Notes: generated by a model from the sequence alone, not told the origin. Positions 28,576 to 38,381 are shown, counted from the first letter of the stretch. The stretch is DNA of 64,000 nucleotides from an uncultured delta proteobacterium (GCA_963815115.1 CAWFFN010000007.1:288001-352000), one strand, 5' to 3'. Made by a program: numbers and translations.

Positions 28576-28939
28576 CTATAGGACCGCGACGCTCGACGGC
28601 GCGTTTCGCGCGCTGGCGGACCCGACGCGCCGGGCGATCATCGAACGTCTGTCGAGCGGGGCTGCGAGCGTCTCCGACCTGGCGGAGCGGCAACCGATGT
28701 CGCTCGCGGCGGTGCATCAGCACCTGCAGGTCCTGGCGGCGTCGGGTCTGATGACGTGGGAGAAACGCGGCCGCGTCCGGTGGTGTCGCCTCGAGGGGCG
28801 GCGGCTTCGCGAGGTGGAGGAGTGGGTCCTGGCGCGCCGCCTCGCATGGGAGCACCGGCTGGATGCGCTGGCGGCGCATCTCGAGCGCGAAGAGCGAAAG
28901 GAGGGCAAGCGCCATGAGCGATCAAAGCGTCATTCATGA
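28568..28939 (+). CDS. ArsR/SmtB family transcriptional regulator
   Basis: FRALADPTRRAI, SLAAVHQHLQVL, KRGRVR. Confidence 0.92.
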   Translation: MLNYRTATLDGAFRALADPTRRAIIERLSSGAASVSDLAERQPMSLAAVHQHLQVLAASGLMTWEKRGRVRWCRLEGRRLREVEEWVLARRLAWEHRLDALAAHLEREERKEGKRHERSKRHS

Positions 28940-29372
28940 CACCGTGGTCGTACGCCGGCTGTACGATGCGACGGCGGAGCGCGTGTACCGCGCCTGGACG
29001 GAGGCCTCGCTCCTCGAGCGGTGGTACGTTCCGGGCGACGCGCAGTGGTCGGCGAAGATGATCGCGCACGACTTTCGCGTCGGCGGAACGAAGCGGATCA
29101 CGTTCGGGCCGCCGGACGAGACTTTCGTCGAGGACTGTCACTACGTGGACATCGTGCCGGAGCGCCGCATCTGCTATGCGATGACGATCGCACGGGGGTC
29201 GGTGCGCATCACGGTCTCGATGGTCACCGTCGAGCTCGTGCCCCAGGGCAATCGCTGCGAGGTGCGGGTGACCGACCAGGTGGCGATCCTCGACGGCGGC
29301 GACACCGCGAAGGATCGCGAGCGCGGCTGGGACGAGACGCTCGACAAGCTGCCGTCGGCGATCGCCGGCTGA
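28914..29372 (+). CDS. SRPBCC (AHSA1-like) domain protein
   Basis: RVYRAWT, DFRVGG, DIVPERRI, RERGW; usual partner of this ArsR type. Confidence 0.88.
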   Translation: MSDQSVIHDTVVVRRLYDATAERVYRAWTEASLLERWYVPGDAQWSAKMIAHDFRVGGTKRITFGPPDETFVEDCHYVDIVPERRICYAMTIARGSVRITVSMVTVELVPQGNRCEVRVTDQVAILDGGDTAKDRERGWDETLDKLPSAIAG

Positions 29373-29719
29373 GGACCGACCCGCCGAGCGCCACACGACC
29401 TCCCGCCCCCGCCGTTCGTCTGGACCGCTGCGATGGTTCACGCGGCACGAGATGCAAGCGGCCCGCGGCCATTCGCCTGACGATCGGCTGCCGTCCGCGA
29501 ACTGGTAGCCCCAGCAGCGTCGAAGGGCGGTGGTTGGCCCCGCTGGTCCCCTGGGTGGGGCGGTCAGGTCACCAACCAACAGAGCAAGCCCACACGCTCC
29601 CGGTCAAGATTCCCTTGACGTGGCAGGTCATCCCAGGCTAGACACCTCCCAACATCCCATGTTTTGGCCCGTCGTCCCCCGGGACGACGGCGCGACGCAG
29701 CCAACGGAGGGGGGTCTCC

Positions 29720-32038
29720 ATGTTCAGTCGCGCCCGACAGCCGAGCAGCCCGACGAGCGTCACTCGTGTCCCGACCGGTGCGGCGTTCCGTCGTTGGCGC
29801 AGGGTCCGCGTCCTTCTCATCCTTGCCGCCTGCGGCACCACCGGCCGCCCGGCCCTCGCCGCGACCCTCGCCGTCGACAACACGGTCGCGTGCAGCGACG
29901 GCACCGGCACCCCGTATTGCACGATCGGGGCTGCGATCGCGGCCGCTTCGAGCGGCGACACCGTCAGCGTGGGTGCCGGGACCTACTCCGAGAACCTCGT
30001 GCTGGCGAAGAGCCTCACCCTCATCGGCGCGCAGCAGGGGGTCGCGGCGTGCGGGCGTGTCGCGAGCGAGACCGTCATCACGGACGCCAGCGGCGGGACC
30101 CTGTCCCTGCTCAACCTGAAGACCCTCTCCGCGGGCTCGATCATCGACGGCTTCACGTTCTCCGGCCCTTGCGGGGGCACCGGCCAGCTCGAATCGACCA
30201 CCGGGCCGATCAACAACGTCCAGATTCTCCACAACCGGTTCGTCGGCTTCAACAAGAGTGGTGTCTTCCTGAACGACAACGGAACGGACATCACGGTAGA
30301 CCAGAACGATGTCGACGGCAGCAGCAAGACCACCTCCGGCGATCTGTTCCACCTCGACACGGACTCGTTCGCCGGATTCCAGTTCACCAACAACTGCGTG
30401 CACGGCGGTGCGACGGCTACCGGCTTCTTCGTGGACGGCAACTTCAACGTCGGTCCGAGCGCCGGCCGCGAGCCACTGTTCAGCGGGAACCTCATCGACA
30501 GCAACCTCACCGGTGCCAACCTGGGCAGCCGTTCGTTCACGGGTGGCGCCGGCACGGCGCTCATCAGCGGCAACACCTTCAGCAACAACATCTTCGACGG
30601 GCTGCAAGGCGGCATCCAGCACACGGCGATCACGGGCAACAAGTTCGTCGGCAACGGCCGGAACGGGCTCACCCTGACATCGTTCGGCAGCACGAACGCT
30701 GCCCGCGGAGCCCAGTTCGACACCATCACCGAGAATGGCTTCTGCTCGAACGGCTTCGGAAGCTTCTGCTCCGCCAGCGGGGCCGTGTGCACGATGGACG
30801 CGGATTGTCCCTCGGGTCAGACCTGTACGTCGCATGGCACCGGCCTGTTCTTCAGCGCCGGGCAGGCCGCGGGGACGATCGCGACCAACACGGCGAACGA
30901 CAACAATATCGCCGGGAACTTCGCGGGCGCGACGTACAATGGAACCGAGGTGGTCGACGCCACCAACAACTGGTGGGGCTGTCTCACGGGCGCCAATACC
31001 CCGTCGTGCGACACGGCAGGCGCCTCCCTCACGCTCCTCACCACGCCCTTCCTCGCCTCGCCGGATCCGATGGCCGTCCAGTGCCCGGCTCCCTCGACCA
31101 CCACGACGACCACGACCACGAGCACGACGGAGAGCACGACCTCGACCACCACCACGACCACGACCACCACCACCACGACCACGACCAGCACGACCACGAC
31201 CAGCACCACGACGACGTCGACGACGAGCAGCACGAGCACGACGACGACCACCACGACGACGACCAGCACGACCTCGACGACGACAAGCACCACCACGACA
31301 ACGACCAGCACGACCACCACGAGCTCGACGACGACCACCAGCAGCACCACCACGACCACGACCACGAGCACCACCACGACCACGCTGATCGACCACGTAC
31401 AGTGTTACGAGGTGAAGCCGGCACGGGCGCCGGCCATCGCAGTGACCGTGCAGGATCAGTTCGGCTCGCTGACGGAGAGCACCAGGTATCCGCACCGGCT
31501 GTGCGCACCCGCCAGCAAGAACGGGGAGGGTGTCCACGACGAGGTTTCCCACCTGGTGGGATACGTCATGAACCGGCCGCCGTTCACACGCCGCCCGAAC
31601 CAGAAGGTCGTGAATCAGTTCGGGACGATCACGCTCGACCTCGTGCGGCCCGACATCCTGATGGTGCCGTCGTCGAAGAGCCTGACGGGACCACCGACGC
31701 CGCTGGCGCCACCGACCATCGACCACTTCCAGTGCTACAGGGTCAAACTGACCGGCGGCACGCCGAAATTCGTGAAGCGCACGGTGGACGTCGTCGACCA
31801 GCTCGAGCACGTGACCAGCCTCACACTCGTGCGTCCGTACGTGCTGTGTGCGCCGGCGAACAAGAACCAGGAGGATCCGACGGCGCCGGGTCACCCCGAC
31901 CACCTGCTCTGCTACAAGACGCGCAGCAGCCCGGGCTTCGGGACCACCGACGCGTTCATCGACAACCAGTTCGGGCAGGCGCAGGTCAGGCTCATCCATC
32001 GCCGTGAGCTGTGCGTGCCCTCGCTCAAGAACCCGTAG
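29720..32038 (+). CDS. Secreted protein: parallel beta-helix, Thr-rich linker, three C-terminal DHxxCY/DQFG repeats
   Basis: GGAGG SD, signal peptide, TIGAAIAAASSGDTVSVGAGTYSE, DATNNWWG, repeats DHVQCY/DHFQCY/DHLLCY. Confidence 0.85.
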   Translation: MFSRARQPSSPTSVTRVPTGAAFRRWRRVRVLLILAACGTTGRPALAATLAVDNTVACSDGTGTPYCTIGAAIAAASSGDTVSVGAGTYSENLVLAKSLTLIGAQQGVAACGRVASETVITDASGGTLSLLNLKTLSAGSIIDGFTFSGPCGGTGQLESTTGPINNVQILHNRFVGFNKSGVFLNDNGTDITVDQNDVDGSSKTTSGDLFHLDTDSFAGFQFTNNCVHGGATATGFFVDGNFNVGPSAGREPLFSGNLIDSNLTGANLGSRSFTGGAGTALISGNTFSNNIFDGLQGGIQHTAITGNKFVGNGRNGLTLTSFGSTNAARGAQFDTITENGFCSNGFGSFCSASGAVCTMDADCPSGQTCTSHGTGLFFSAGQAAGTIATNTANDNNIAGNFAGATYNGTEVVDATNNWWGCLTGANTPSCDTAGASLTLLTTPFLASPDPMAVQCPAPSTTTTTTTTSTTESTTSTTTTTTTTTTTTTTSTTTTSTTTTSTTSSTSTTTTTTTTTSTTSTTTSTTTTTTSTTTTSSTTTTSSTTTTTTTSTTTTTLIDHVQCYEVKPARAPAIAVTVQDQFGSLTESTRYPHRLCAPASKNGEGVHDEVSHLVGYVMNRPPFTRRPNQKVVNQFGTITLDLVRPDILMVPSSKSLTGPPTPLAPPTIDHFQCYRVKLTGGTPKFVKRTVDVVDQLEHVTSLTLVRPYVLCAPANKNQEDPTAPGHPDHLLCYKTRSSPGFGTTDAFIDNQFGQAQVRLIHRRELCVPSLKNP
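31094..31384 (+). repeat. Low-complexity (ACC/ACG)n tract encoding about 97 Thr/Ser residues
   Basis: Directly visible degenerate trinucleotide repeat. Confidence 0.95.
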
Positions 32039-32201
32039 CGGCCCCCGCAGGGGCGGAGCACTCGTTGAACATCCTCCGGCCCGCGCCGTCGACGAGCGGC
32101 GCGGGCCCGGCGGGGCGAAGAGTCCCGAGGAGGAGCGAAGGGCTCCCTCACCGACCCCCGCGATCGAGTGCCGGTGGCCCAGCGCGCAGCACGAGACGAA
32201 G

Positions 32202-32276
32202 TGTCCCCGGCGGGATTCGAACCCACGTTATCGGCGTGAAAGGCCGACGTCCTAGGCCAGACTAGACGACGGGGAC
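32202..32276 (-). tRNA. tRNA-Glu (UUC), CCA not encoded
   Basis: Acceptor GTCCCCG/CGGGGAC, anticodon arm TCGGC-CTTTCAC-GCCGA, T arm GTGGG-TTCGAAT-CCCGC. Confidence 0.96.
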
Positions 32277-32389
32277 GCGCGCAGGCGGCGGAGCGCAGGT
32301 GCGCAGGTAGTACACGCGTCCCGGGCAGTCAAACCAGGGCCGTGCGGCTTGCACCGCGTCAGCACGTCGTGTTGAAGTGCGCGCTCGCG

Positions 32390-33571
32390 ATGGAGATCCG
32401 ATTCAGTCCCGCAGAGGAAGCGTTCCGCGGCGAGGCGCGCGCGTGGCTCGAGCAGCACATCCCGCGCAGCAGGCGGCCGGAGAGCGCGGACCTGAGGGCG
32501 CGCCGCGAATGGGACATGGCGTGGCAGCGGTGCATGTACGACGCGGGCTGGGCGGGCATCTCGTGGCCGCGGGAGTTCGGCGGCCGGGGCGCCACGTTGA
32601 TGGAGCAGCTGATCTGGTACGAGGAGTACGCGCGTGCCGGCGCCCCCGACGTCACCACCGGCTTCGTCGGCCTGAAGCACGCCGGGCCGACGCTCATCGC
32701 CTGCGGCAGCGAGGTGCAGAAGGCGTACCATCTGCCGCGCATCCTGCGCGGCGACGTGGTGTGGTGCCAGGGCTTCTCGGAGCCCAATGCGGGCTCGGAC
32801 CTCGCCGCGCTCCAGACGCGTGCCGAGATCGACGGCGACCAGCTCGTCGTGACGGGACAGAAGATCTGGACCAGCTTCGGCCACATCGCGGAGTTCCAGG
32901 AGCTTCTCGTGCGCACCGATCCGGCGGCGCCGCGCCACGCCGGCATCACCTGGGTGATCTGTCCCATGGATACGCCGGGGATCGAGATCCGGCCGATCAA
33001 GACCCTGGCCGGCAACAGCGACTTCTGCGAGGTCTTCTACGACCAGGTGCGCATCCCGCTGGCCAACGTCGTGGGCGCGCTCAACGACGGCTGGCGGGTG
33101 GCCATGGCGACGCTCAGCTTCGAGCGTGGCACGGCGTTCATGTCCGAGCAGGTGCGCCTCGCGCGGCGCATGGAGGAGCTGGTGGCGCTCGCCCGGCGCC
33201 CGACGGGTGCGGACGGCCCGCGCGCCATCGACGACGACGAGATCGCGCGCCGGCTGGCGCTGGCCAGCGCCGAGGTCGAGGCCATGCGTGCCATGACCTA
33301 TCGGAGCCTGAGCCTGGCGGCGCGGACGGGCATGCCAGGCGCGGAGGCGTCGATGATCCGGCTCTTCTTCTCCGAGCTGGTGCAGCGCATCGACGCCCTC
33401 GCGATGGAGATCCTCGGGCCGGCGGCGGTGGAGGGATTCGCCGCCGACGGCACGCCGCGTGACGAGTGGGCGGAGCGCTATCTCACCGGCCTGTCGCAGA
33501 CCATCGGTGGCGGGACGAAGGAGATCCAGCGCAACATCATCGGCGAACGCGTCCTCGGTCTGCCCAGATGA
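32390..33571 (+). CDS. Acyl-CoA dehydrogenase family protein
   Basis: WCQGFSEPNAGSDLA, GQKIWTS, TIGGGTKEIQRNIIGERVLGLPR. Confidence 0.95.
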   Translation: MEIRFSPAEEAFRGEARAWLEQHIPRSRRPESADLRARREWDMAWQRCMYDAGWAGISWPREFGGRGATLMEQLIWYEEYARAGAPDVTTGFVGLKHAGPTLIACGSEVQKAYHLPRILRGDVVWCQGFSEPNAGSDLAALQTRAEIDGDQLVVTGQKIWTSFGHIAEFQELLVRTDPAAPRHAGITWVICPMDTPGIEIRPIKTLAGNSDFCEVFYDQVRIPLANVVGALNDGWRVAMATLSFERGTAFMSEQVRLARRMEELVALARRPTGADGPRAIDDDEIARRLALASAEVEAMRAMTYRSLSLAARTGMPGAEASMIRLFFSELVQRIDALAMEILGPAAVEGFAADGTPRDEWAERYLTGLSQTIGGGTKEIQRNIIGERVLGLPR

Positions 33572-33605
33572 GGGGCCAGATGAGGAGCCAGGTGAGCCGC
33601 CCGCG

Positions 33606-34643
33606 ATGGATCTGACCCTGGGACCGGAGCAGGAGGCGGTGCGCACCGCGATTCGCGGCGTACTGGCGGATCGCCAGCCGCCGGCCCGCGTGCGGACCGT
33701 GATGGTGAGCGAGCCACCACTGGACGAGGCGCTCTGGCGCGAGACCGCCGACCTCGGCTGGTTCGGCCTCGCGTTGCCCGAAGCGTCGGGCGGTGCCGGC
33801 TACGACCTCCCCGAGGCGATGCTGCTCTTCCAGGAGCTCGGCCGGTCGCTCGCGCCCGGACCGTGGCTCGGGACGGTGCTGGCCGCCCGCGTGCTCGCCG
33901 GCGTGGAGGCCGAACGCGCGCTGCTCCGCGACCTGCTCGCCGGCCGCGTTCGCGTGGGCATCGTCGACGACCCTGACGGCCGCGTCGCGGGCGCCGCGCG
34001 TCTCGACGGTGTGGCACGCGCGGTCATCGACGCCGGATGCGTGGATCTCCTGCTGGTCCTCGGCGCCGAGCAGGTGCTGCTGGTCGAGGCCGAGGCGGCG
34101 GGCGTTCGGATCGCGAGCGGGTCCAGCATGGACCCCACGCGGCGCATCGGCACCGTCACCTTCGAAGGCGCGGTCGCGAGCCGGCTCGCCGGTGATGCGC
34201 GGCGCTGGCGTCTCGAGGGCACGACGCTCACCGCCGCCGAGGCGCTGGGAGTCGCGGAGCGCACGGTCGAGATGTCGGTCGAGTACGCCAAGGTGCGGCA
34301 GCAGTTCGGGAAGCCGATCGGCGTGTTCCAGGCGATCAAGCACCGCTGCGCCGACATGGCGGTGCGCGCCGAGGTCGCCCGCTCGGTCGCCACCTATGCC
34401 GCGGTCGCGCTCGCCGACGGCGAGCCGGACGCCGGACGCCATGCCGGCGTCGCGAAGGCCCTGGCCGGCGGCGCGGCGCTCGCCAATGCGACGGACAACA
34501 TCCAGAACCACGGCGGCATGGGGTACACCTGGGAGTCCGACGCCCACCTGTATCTCAAGCGGGCGCGGCTGCTCGAGCATTGCTTCGGCACGCGCGCCGC
34601 GCACCTGGACGCGCTCGCGGCGCCGTGGCGCGCCCCGTCCTGA
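33606..34643 (+). CDS. Acyl-CoA dehydrogenase family protein (probable partner subunit)
   Basis: YAKVRQQFGKPIGVFQAIKH, HGGMGYTWE, HLYLKRA. Confidence 0.92.
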   Translation: MDLTLGPEQEAVRTAIRGVLADRQPPARVRTVMVSEPPLDEALWRETADLGWFGLALPEASGGAGYDLPEAMLLFQELGRSLAPGPWLGTVLAARVLAGVEAERALLRDLLAGRVRVGIVDDPDGRVAGAARLDGVARAVIDAGCVDLLLVLGAEQVLLVEAEAAGVRIASGSSMDPTRRIGTVTFEGAVASRLAGDARRWRLEGTTLTAAEALGVAERTVEMSVEYAKVRQQFGKPIGVFQAIKHRCADMAVRAEVARSVATYAAVALADGEPDAGRHAGVAKALAGGAALANATDNIQNHGGMGYTWESDAHLYLKRARLLEHCFGTRAAHLDALAAPWRAPS

Positions 34644-35902
34644 GCGTCGCGAGTCGATTCCCGGGCGTCGGCGCGGCCCGCTTCCCGGCGCTCCGGCACG
34701 GCGACTTCCGGCGCTACGTGCTCGGGCAGGGCGTGTCCCTGATCGGCTTCTGGATGCAGAGCGTGGCGCAGGCGTGGCTCGTCTACCGCCTGTCGGGCTC
34801 CGAGCTGGCGCTCGGCACCGTTGCCTTCGTGGGCTACCTGCCGGTCCTCTGCCTCGCGCCGCTGGCCGGGGTCGTCGCCGACCGGGTGGACAAGTGGCGG
34901 CTCATCCTGCTCACGCAGAGCGCCGCCATGCTGCTCGCCTTCGGCCTCGGGGCGCTCGCGGCCGCGGGCGCTGCGACGGTGCCGCTGGTGGCGGCATTCG
35001 CCTGCGCGCTCGGTACGATCGGGGCATTCGACCTGCCGACCCGGCAGGCGTTCCTGGTCGAGATGGTCGGTGGCGACGACCTGCCGAGCGCGATCGCGAT
35101 CAACGCATCGATCTTCAACAGCGCGCGGGTCGTCGGTCCTGCCATCGCCGGGGTGCTGGTGGCGACGGTCGGGGAGGCACCCTGCTTCCTGCTCAACGGC
35201 GCGAGCTATCTGGCAGTGCTGTGGGCGCTGGCCGGCATGCGCCTCGCGGACCGGCGTCCGGTCGGCGCCCGCCACGGCGGCCGGAACGTGCGCTCGGGCC
35301 TGCGCTACGTGCGTCGGCAGCCCGCGCAGGCGGCGCTGCTCCTCGCTCTGGGCCTGGTGTCGGCGCTCGGCCTCTCGGCGAACGTCCTGATGCCGTCGCT
35401 GGCGCAGCGCAGCTTCGCCCGGGGCGCGACCGGCTACGGGTTGCTGCTCACCGCCTACGGCACCGGCGCCGTGCTCTCCGCGCTGCGCCTCGCATCGCGC
35501 CAGTACACCCGCGCCCAGCACCGGCGGACGCTGCTCGGCGGCCTCGCTCTCTTCGGCACGGCGCTGCTCGGGCTCGCGGCCAGCCCGCGGTTTCCGCTCG
35601 CGATCGCTTGCCAGTTCCTCGCCGGGCTCGGCATGATCCGGTTCACGGCGACGACGAACACCCTCATCCAGCTCCTGGTCGACGACGACTACCGTGGTCG
35701 CGTGATGGGCCTTCACACCGTGATGTTCATGGGCATCGCGCCGTTCGGAAGCCTCTTGCTGGGGGCCATCGCCGAGCCCTTCGGGCCCCGTGCGGCGCTG
35801 GTGGTGTCGGGCTGCGCGCCGTTGCTGGCGCTGGCGTTCCTGGTGCGCCGGCTGGGGCTCTCCGAGCCCGCGCCGGCGTTGCAGCCGGCGGCGGGTCCGT
35901 GA
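34625..35902 (+). CDS. MFS transporter
   Basis: About 12 hydrophobic segments; GVVADRVDK, FNSARVVGPAIAG, YRGRVMG; start uncertain (GTG 34625 or CTG 34640). Confidence 0.9.
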   Translation: MARPVLSVASRFPGVGAARFPALRHGDFRRYVLGQGVSLIGFWMQSVAQAWLVYRLSGSELALGTVAFVGYLPVLCLAPLAGVVADRVDKWRLILLTQSAAMLLAFGLGALAAAGAATVPLVAAFACALGTIGAFDLPTRQAFLVEMVGGDDLPSAIAINASIFNSARVVGPAIAGVLVATVGEAPCFLLNGASYLAVLWALAGMRLADRRPVGARHGGRNVRSGLRYVRRQPAQAALLLALGLVSALGLSANVLMPSLAQRSFARGATGYGLLLTAYGTGAVLSALRLASRQYTRAQHRRTLLGGLALFGTALLGLAASPRFPLAIACQFLAGLGMIRFTATTNTLIQLLVDDDYRGRVMGLHTVMFMGIAPFGSLLLGAIAEPFGPRAALVVSGCAPLLALAFLVRRLGLSEPAPALQPAAGP

Positions 35903-37182
35903 TGACGCCGGCCGCGGCCCTCGTCCTGGCGGCGCTCCTCGTCGAGCACGGGGTACGTCTCGCGGGCGATCTCTTGAACCTGCGCGCGCTCGATCCGGCG
36001 GTGCCGCCGGAGTTTCGCGGCGTCTACGACGACGAGCGCTACCGCCGCGCCCAGGACTACGCGCGCGACCGCCTCGGCTTCGGGCTGCTCACGTCGACCG
36101 CCGAGCTGGCCGCCACGATCGGGTTCTGGCTCTGGGGGGGATTCGGCTGGCTCGACGGCCTCGTGCGCCGCGCCGGCCTCGGCGCGGTCGGCACCGCCTT
36201 GCTCTTCATCGGCATCCTGCTGCTCACGCGCGCGGTGCTCGACTTGCCGGCCGCCTGGTGGTCGACCTTCGTCGTCGAGGAGCGGTTCGGCTTCAATCGC
36301 ACCAGCGCGCGCACGTTCTGGGTCGATCGCGTACGCGGCCTCGTCCTCGCCGTGCTGCTCGGTGGTCCGGTGCTGGCGGCCGTGCTGTGGCTCTTCTCGT
36401 CCGCTGACCCGACGGCCTGGGTGTGGTGCTGGGGGGTGAGCGCTGCCGCCCTGGTGCTCTTCCAGATCATCGCGCCGACCTGGATCCTGCCCCGGTTCAA
36501 CCGCTTCGCGCCCCTCGCCGAGGGGCCGTTGCGTGACGCCATCCTGGCCTACGCGCGCCGCGAAGGATACCCGGTCGAGGACGTCTGGGTGATCGACGGC
36601 TCCCGCCGCTCGACCAAGGCCAACGCCTTCTTCACCGGATTCGGCCGGCGCAAGCGGATCGCGCTCTTCGACACCTTGCTCGAGACGCTCGACGCGGAAG
36701 CGACGGTGGCCGTGGTGGCGCACGAGGTGGGGCACTACCGGCGCGGGCACGTCGTGCAGGGCGTGGTGCTCGCGATCGCCCACCTCGGGCTGCTGTGCTG
36801 GCTGCTGTCTCTCGTGCTGGCGGCGCCGCAGCTCTCCCTCGCCCTCGGCGTCGCCACGCCATCGCTCCATGCCGCCGTGGTGGTCTTCGCTCTCCTCCTG
36901 GGGCCGCTCGAGGTCGCGCTGGCGGTGCCGCTCCATGCCTGGTCGCGCCACAACGAGCGGGAAGCCGACCGCTTCGCCGTCCAGAGCACCGGAGCCGGTG
37001 AGGCGCTGGCGCGCGGACTCCGGCGCCTCTCGGTGGACGGCCTCAGCAACCTGACGCCGCACCCCCTGTACGTGCTCCTCCACTACTCGCACCCGCCGCT
37101 CGCGCAGCGGCTGCGAGCGCTCGCGGGTGGAGGATCCCGGCGCGGTCCTCAGCCGCGGGTGGCCGGCTCACCCGCGCCGTAG
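35902..37182 (+). CDS. M48 family (Ste24-like) membrane metalloprotease
   Basis: EERFGFN, DGSRRSTKANAFFTG, HEVGH, EREAD, HYSHPP. Confidence 0.93.
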   Translation: MTPAAALVLAALLVEHGVRLAGDLLNLRALDPAVPPEFRGVYDDERYRRAQDYARDRLGFGLLTSTAELAATIGFWLWGGFGWLDGLVRRAGLGAVGTALLFIGILLLTRAVLDLPAAWWSTFVVEERFGFNRTSARTFWVDRVRGLVLAVLLGGPVLAAVLWLFSSADPTAWVWCWGVSAAALVLFQIIAPTWILPRFNRFAPLAEGPLRDAILAYARREGYPVEDVWVIDGSRRSTKANAFFTGFGRRKRIALFDTLLETLDAEATVAVVAHEVGHYRRGHVVQGVVLAIAHLGLLCWLLSLVLAAPQLSLALGVATPSLHAAVVVFALLLGPLEVALAVPLHAWSRHNEREADRFAVQSTGAGEALARGLRRLSVDGLSNLTPHPLYVLLHYSHPPLAQRLRALAGGGSRRGPQPRVAGSPAP

Positions 37183-38331
37183 CCAGGCCAGGATGGCGGC
37201 GCGGTCGGCGTCGAGATCGGGCGGCGGCCGCCTGGTGTCCGGCTCGGGAACACCGGCGAGCTTGATCGGGTTCCCGGCGACGGCGAGCTGGCCGATGGCG
37301 GGATCGGGAATCTCGACGACCATGTTGCGTGCGGCCACCTGCGGAGAGCGGACCGCGTCCGCGACCGAGTTGACCGGTGCGCACGGGATGCCGGCGCGCT
37401 CGAAGCGCTCGAGCCAGTCGGCGGCGGTGCGCGAGCGCAGCGCCGCCGAGAGCTCGATCTCCAGCTGATCGACGTGCCGGCGGCGGGCGTCGGTGGTGTC
37501 GAAGCGCGCATCGCCGGTCAGATCGGGGCGGTCCACCGCCTCGCAGAGCTTGCTGAACTGGCTGTCGTGGCCTGCGCAGACGACGACCTGCCGCCCGTCG
37601 GCGGCCTCGAAGGCCTGGAACGGCGCGATGTTCGGATGGCGGGTCCCGAGACGGCCAGGGAGCGCGCCGGTCACGAGGTGCGTGGTGAGGGCGTTCTCGA
37701 GGATGGCGAGCTGGCAGTCGAACATCGCGACGTCGACCATCGTGCCCTCGCCGGTGTCGCGCCGGGCGTGGAGCGCCGCGACGATGCCGATGGCGAGGAA
37801 GAGGCCCGCCGCGATGTCGCCGATGGAGGTCCCGACCCGGGCCGGAGGGCCGTCCGGGTACCCGGTGAGGCTCATGACTCCCCCCATGGCCTGCGCGACC
37901 ATGTCGAAGGCTGGCCGCTCCCGCAGCGGTCCGGTCTGACCGAAGCCCGACACGGCGGCGAGCACGAGCCGCGGCCAGCGAGCATGGAGGACGTCCCAGC
38001 CGTAGCCGAGGCGCGCGAGCACGCCGGGGCGATAGTTCTCGACCAGGACGTCCGCGGCGCCGAGGAGCTGGTCGAAGATGGCGCGGTCGTCCGCTTGCCG
38101 GAGGTCCAGGGCGATCGACTCCTTGCCGTGGTTCAGCGCCGCGAAGTACAGGCTCTTGCCGCCGACGAACGGCCCGATGCCGCGCGCGTCGTCTCCATCG
38201 GGCGGGCGTTCCACCTTGATGACGCGCGCACCCAGGTTGGCGAGCACCAGGGTGCAGTAGGGGCCGGCGAGCACGCGCGTCAGGTCGACCACCATCACGC
38301 CAGCCAGGGGCCGCCGGTCCGATCCCGTCAT
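37168..38331 (-). CDS. CaiB/BaiF family III CoA transferase
   Basis: DLTRVLAGPYCT, GDDAR, ENYRPG, SGFGQTGP. Confidence 0.94.
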   Translation of the reverse strand: MTGSDRRPLAGVMVVDLTRVLAGPYCTLVLANLGARVIKVERPPDGDDARGIGPFVGGKSLYFAALNHGKESIALDLRQADDRAIFDQLLGAADVLVENYRPGVLARLGYGWDVLHARWPRLVLAAVSGFGQTGPLRERPAFDMVAQAMGGVMSLTGYPDGPPARVGTSIGDIAAGLFLAIGIVAALHARRDTGEGTMVDVAMFDCQLAILENALTTHLVTGALPGRLGTRHPNIAPFQAFEAADGRQVVVCAGHDSQFSKLCEAVDRPDLTGDARFDTTDARRRHVDQLEIELSAALRSRTAADWLERFERAGIPCAPVNSVADAVRSPQVAARNMVVEIPDPAIGQLAVAGNPIKLAGVPEPDTRRPPPDLDADRAAILAWLRRG

Positions 38332-38381
38332 TGCGGGTAGCATACGACGAGCGGACCGAGTTGGGCTACGATCCGCGCCGC

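Noticed and set aside
30817-31383. Poly-Val, poly-His/Asp and poly-Trp/Ser ORFs
   Set aside because: Alternative frames and antisense of the Thr-rich tract.
32202-32276. tRNA-Glu as the integration site of an island
   Set aside because: No integrase, no visible duplicated tRNA 3' end and no compositional shift in the window.
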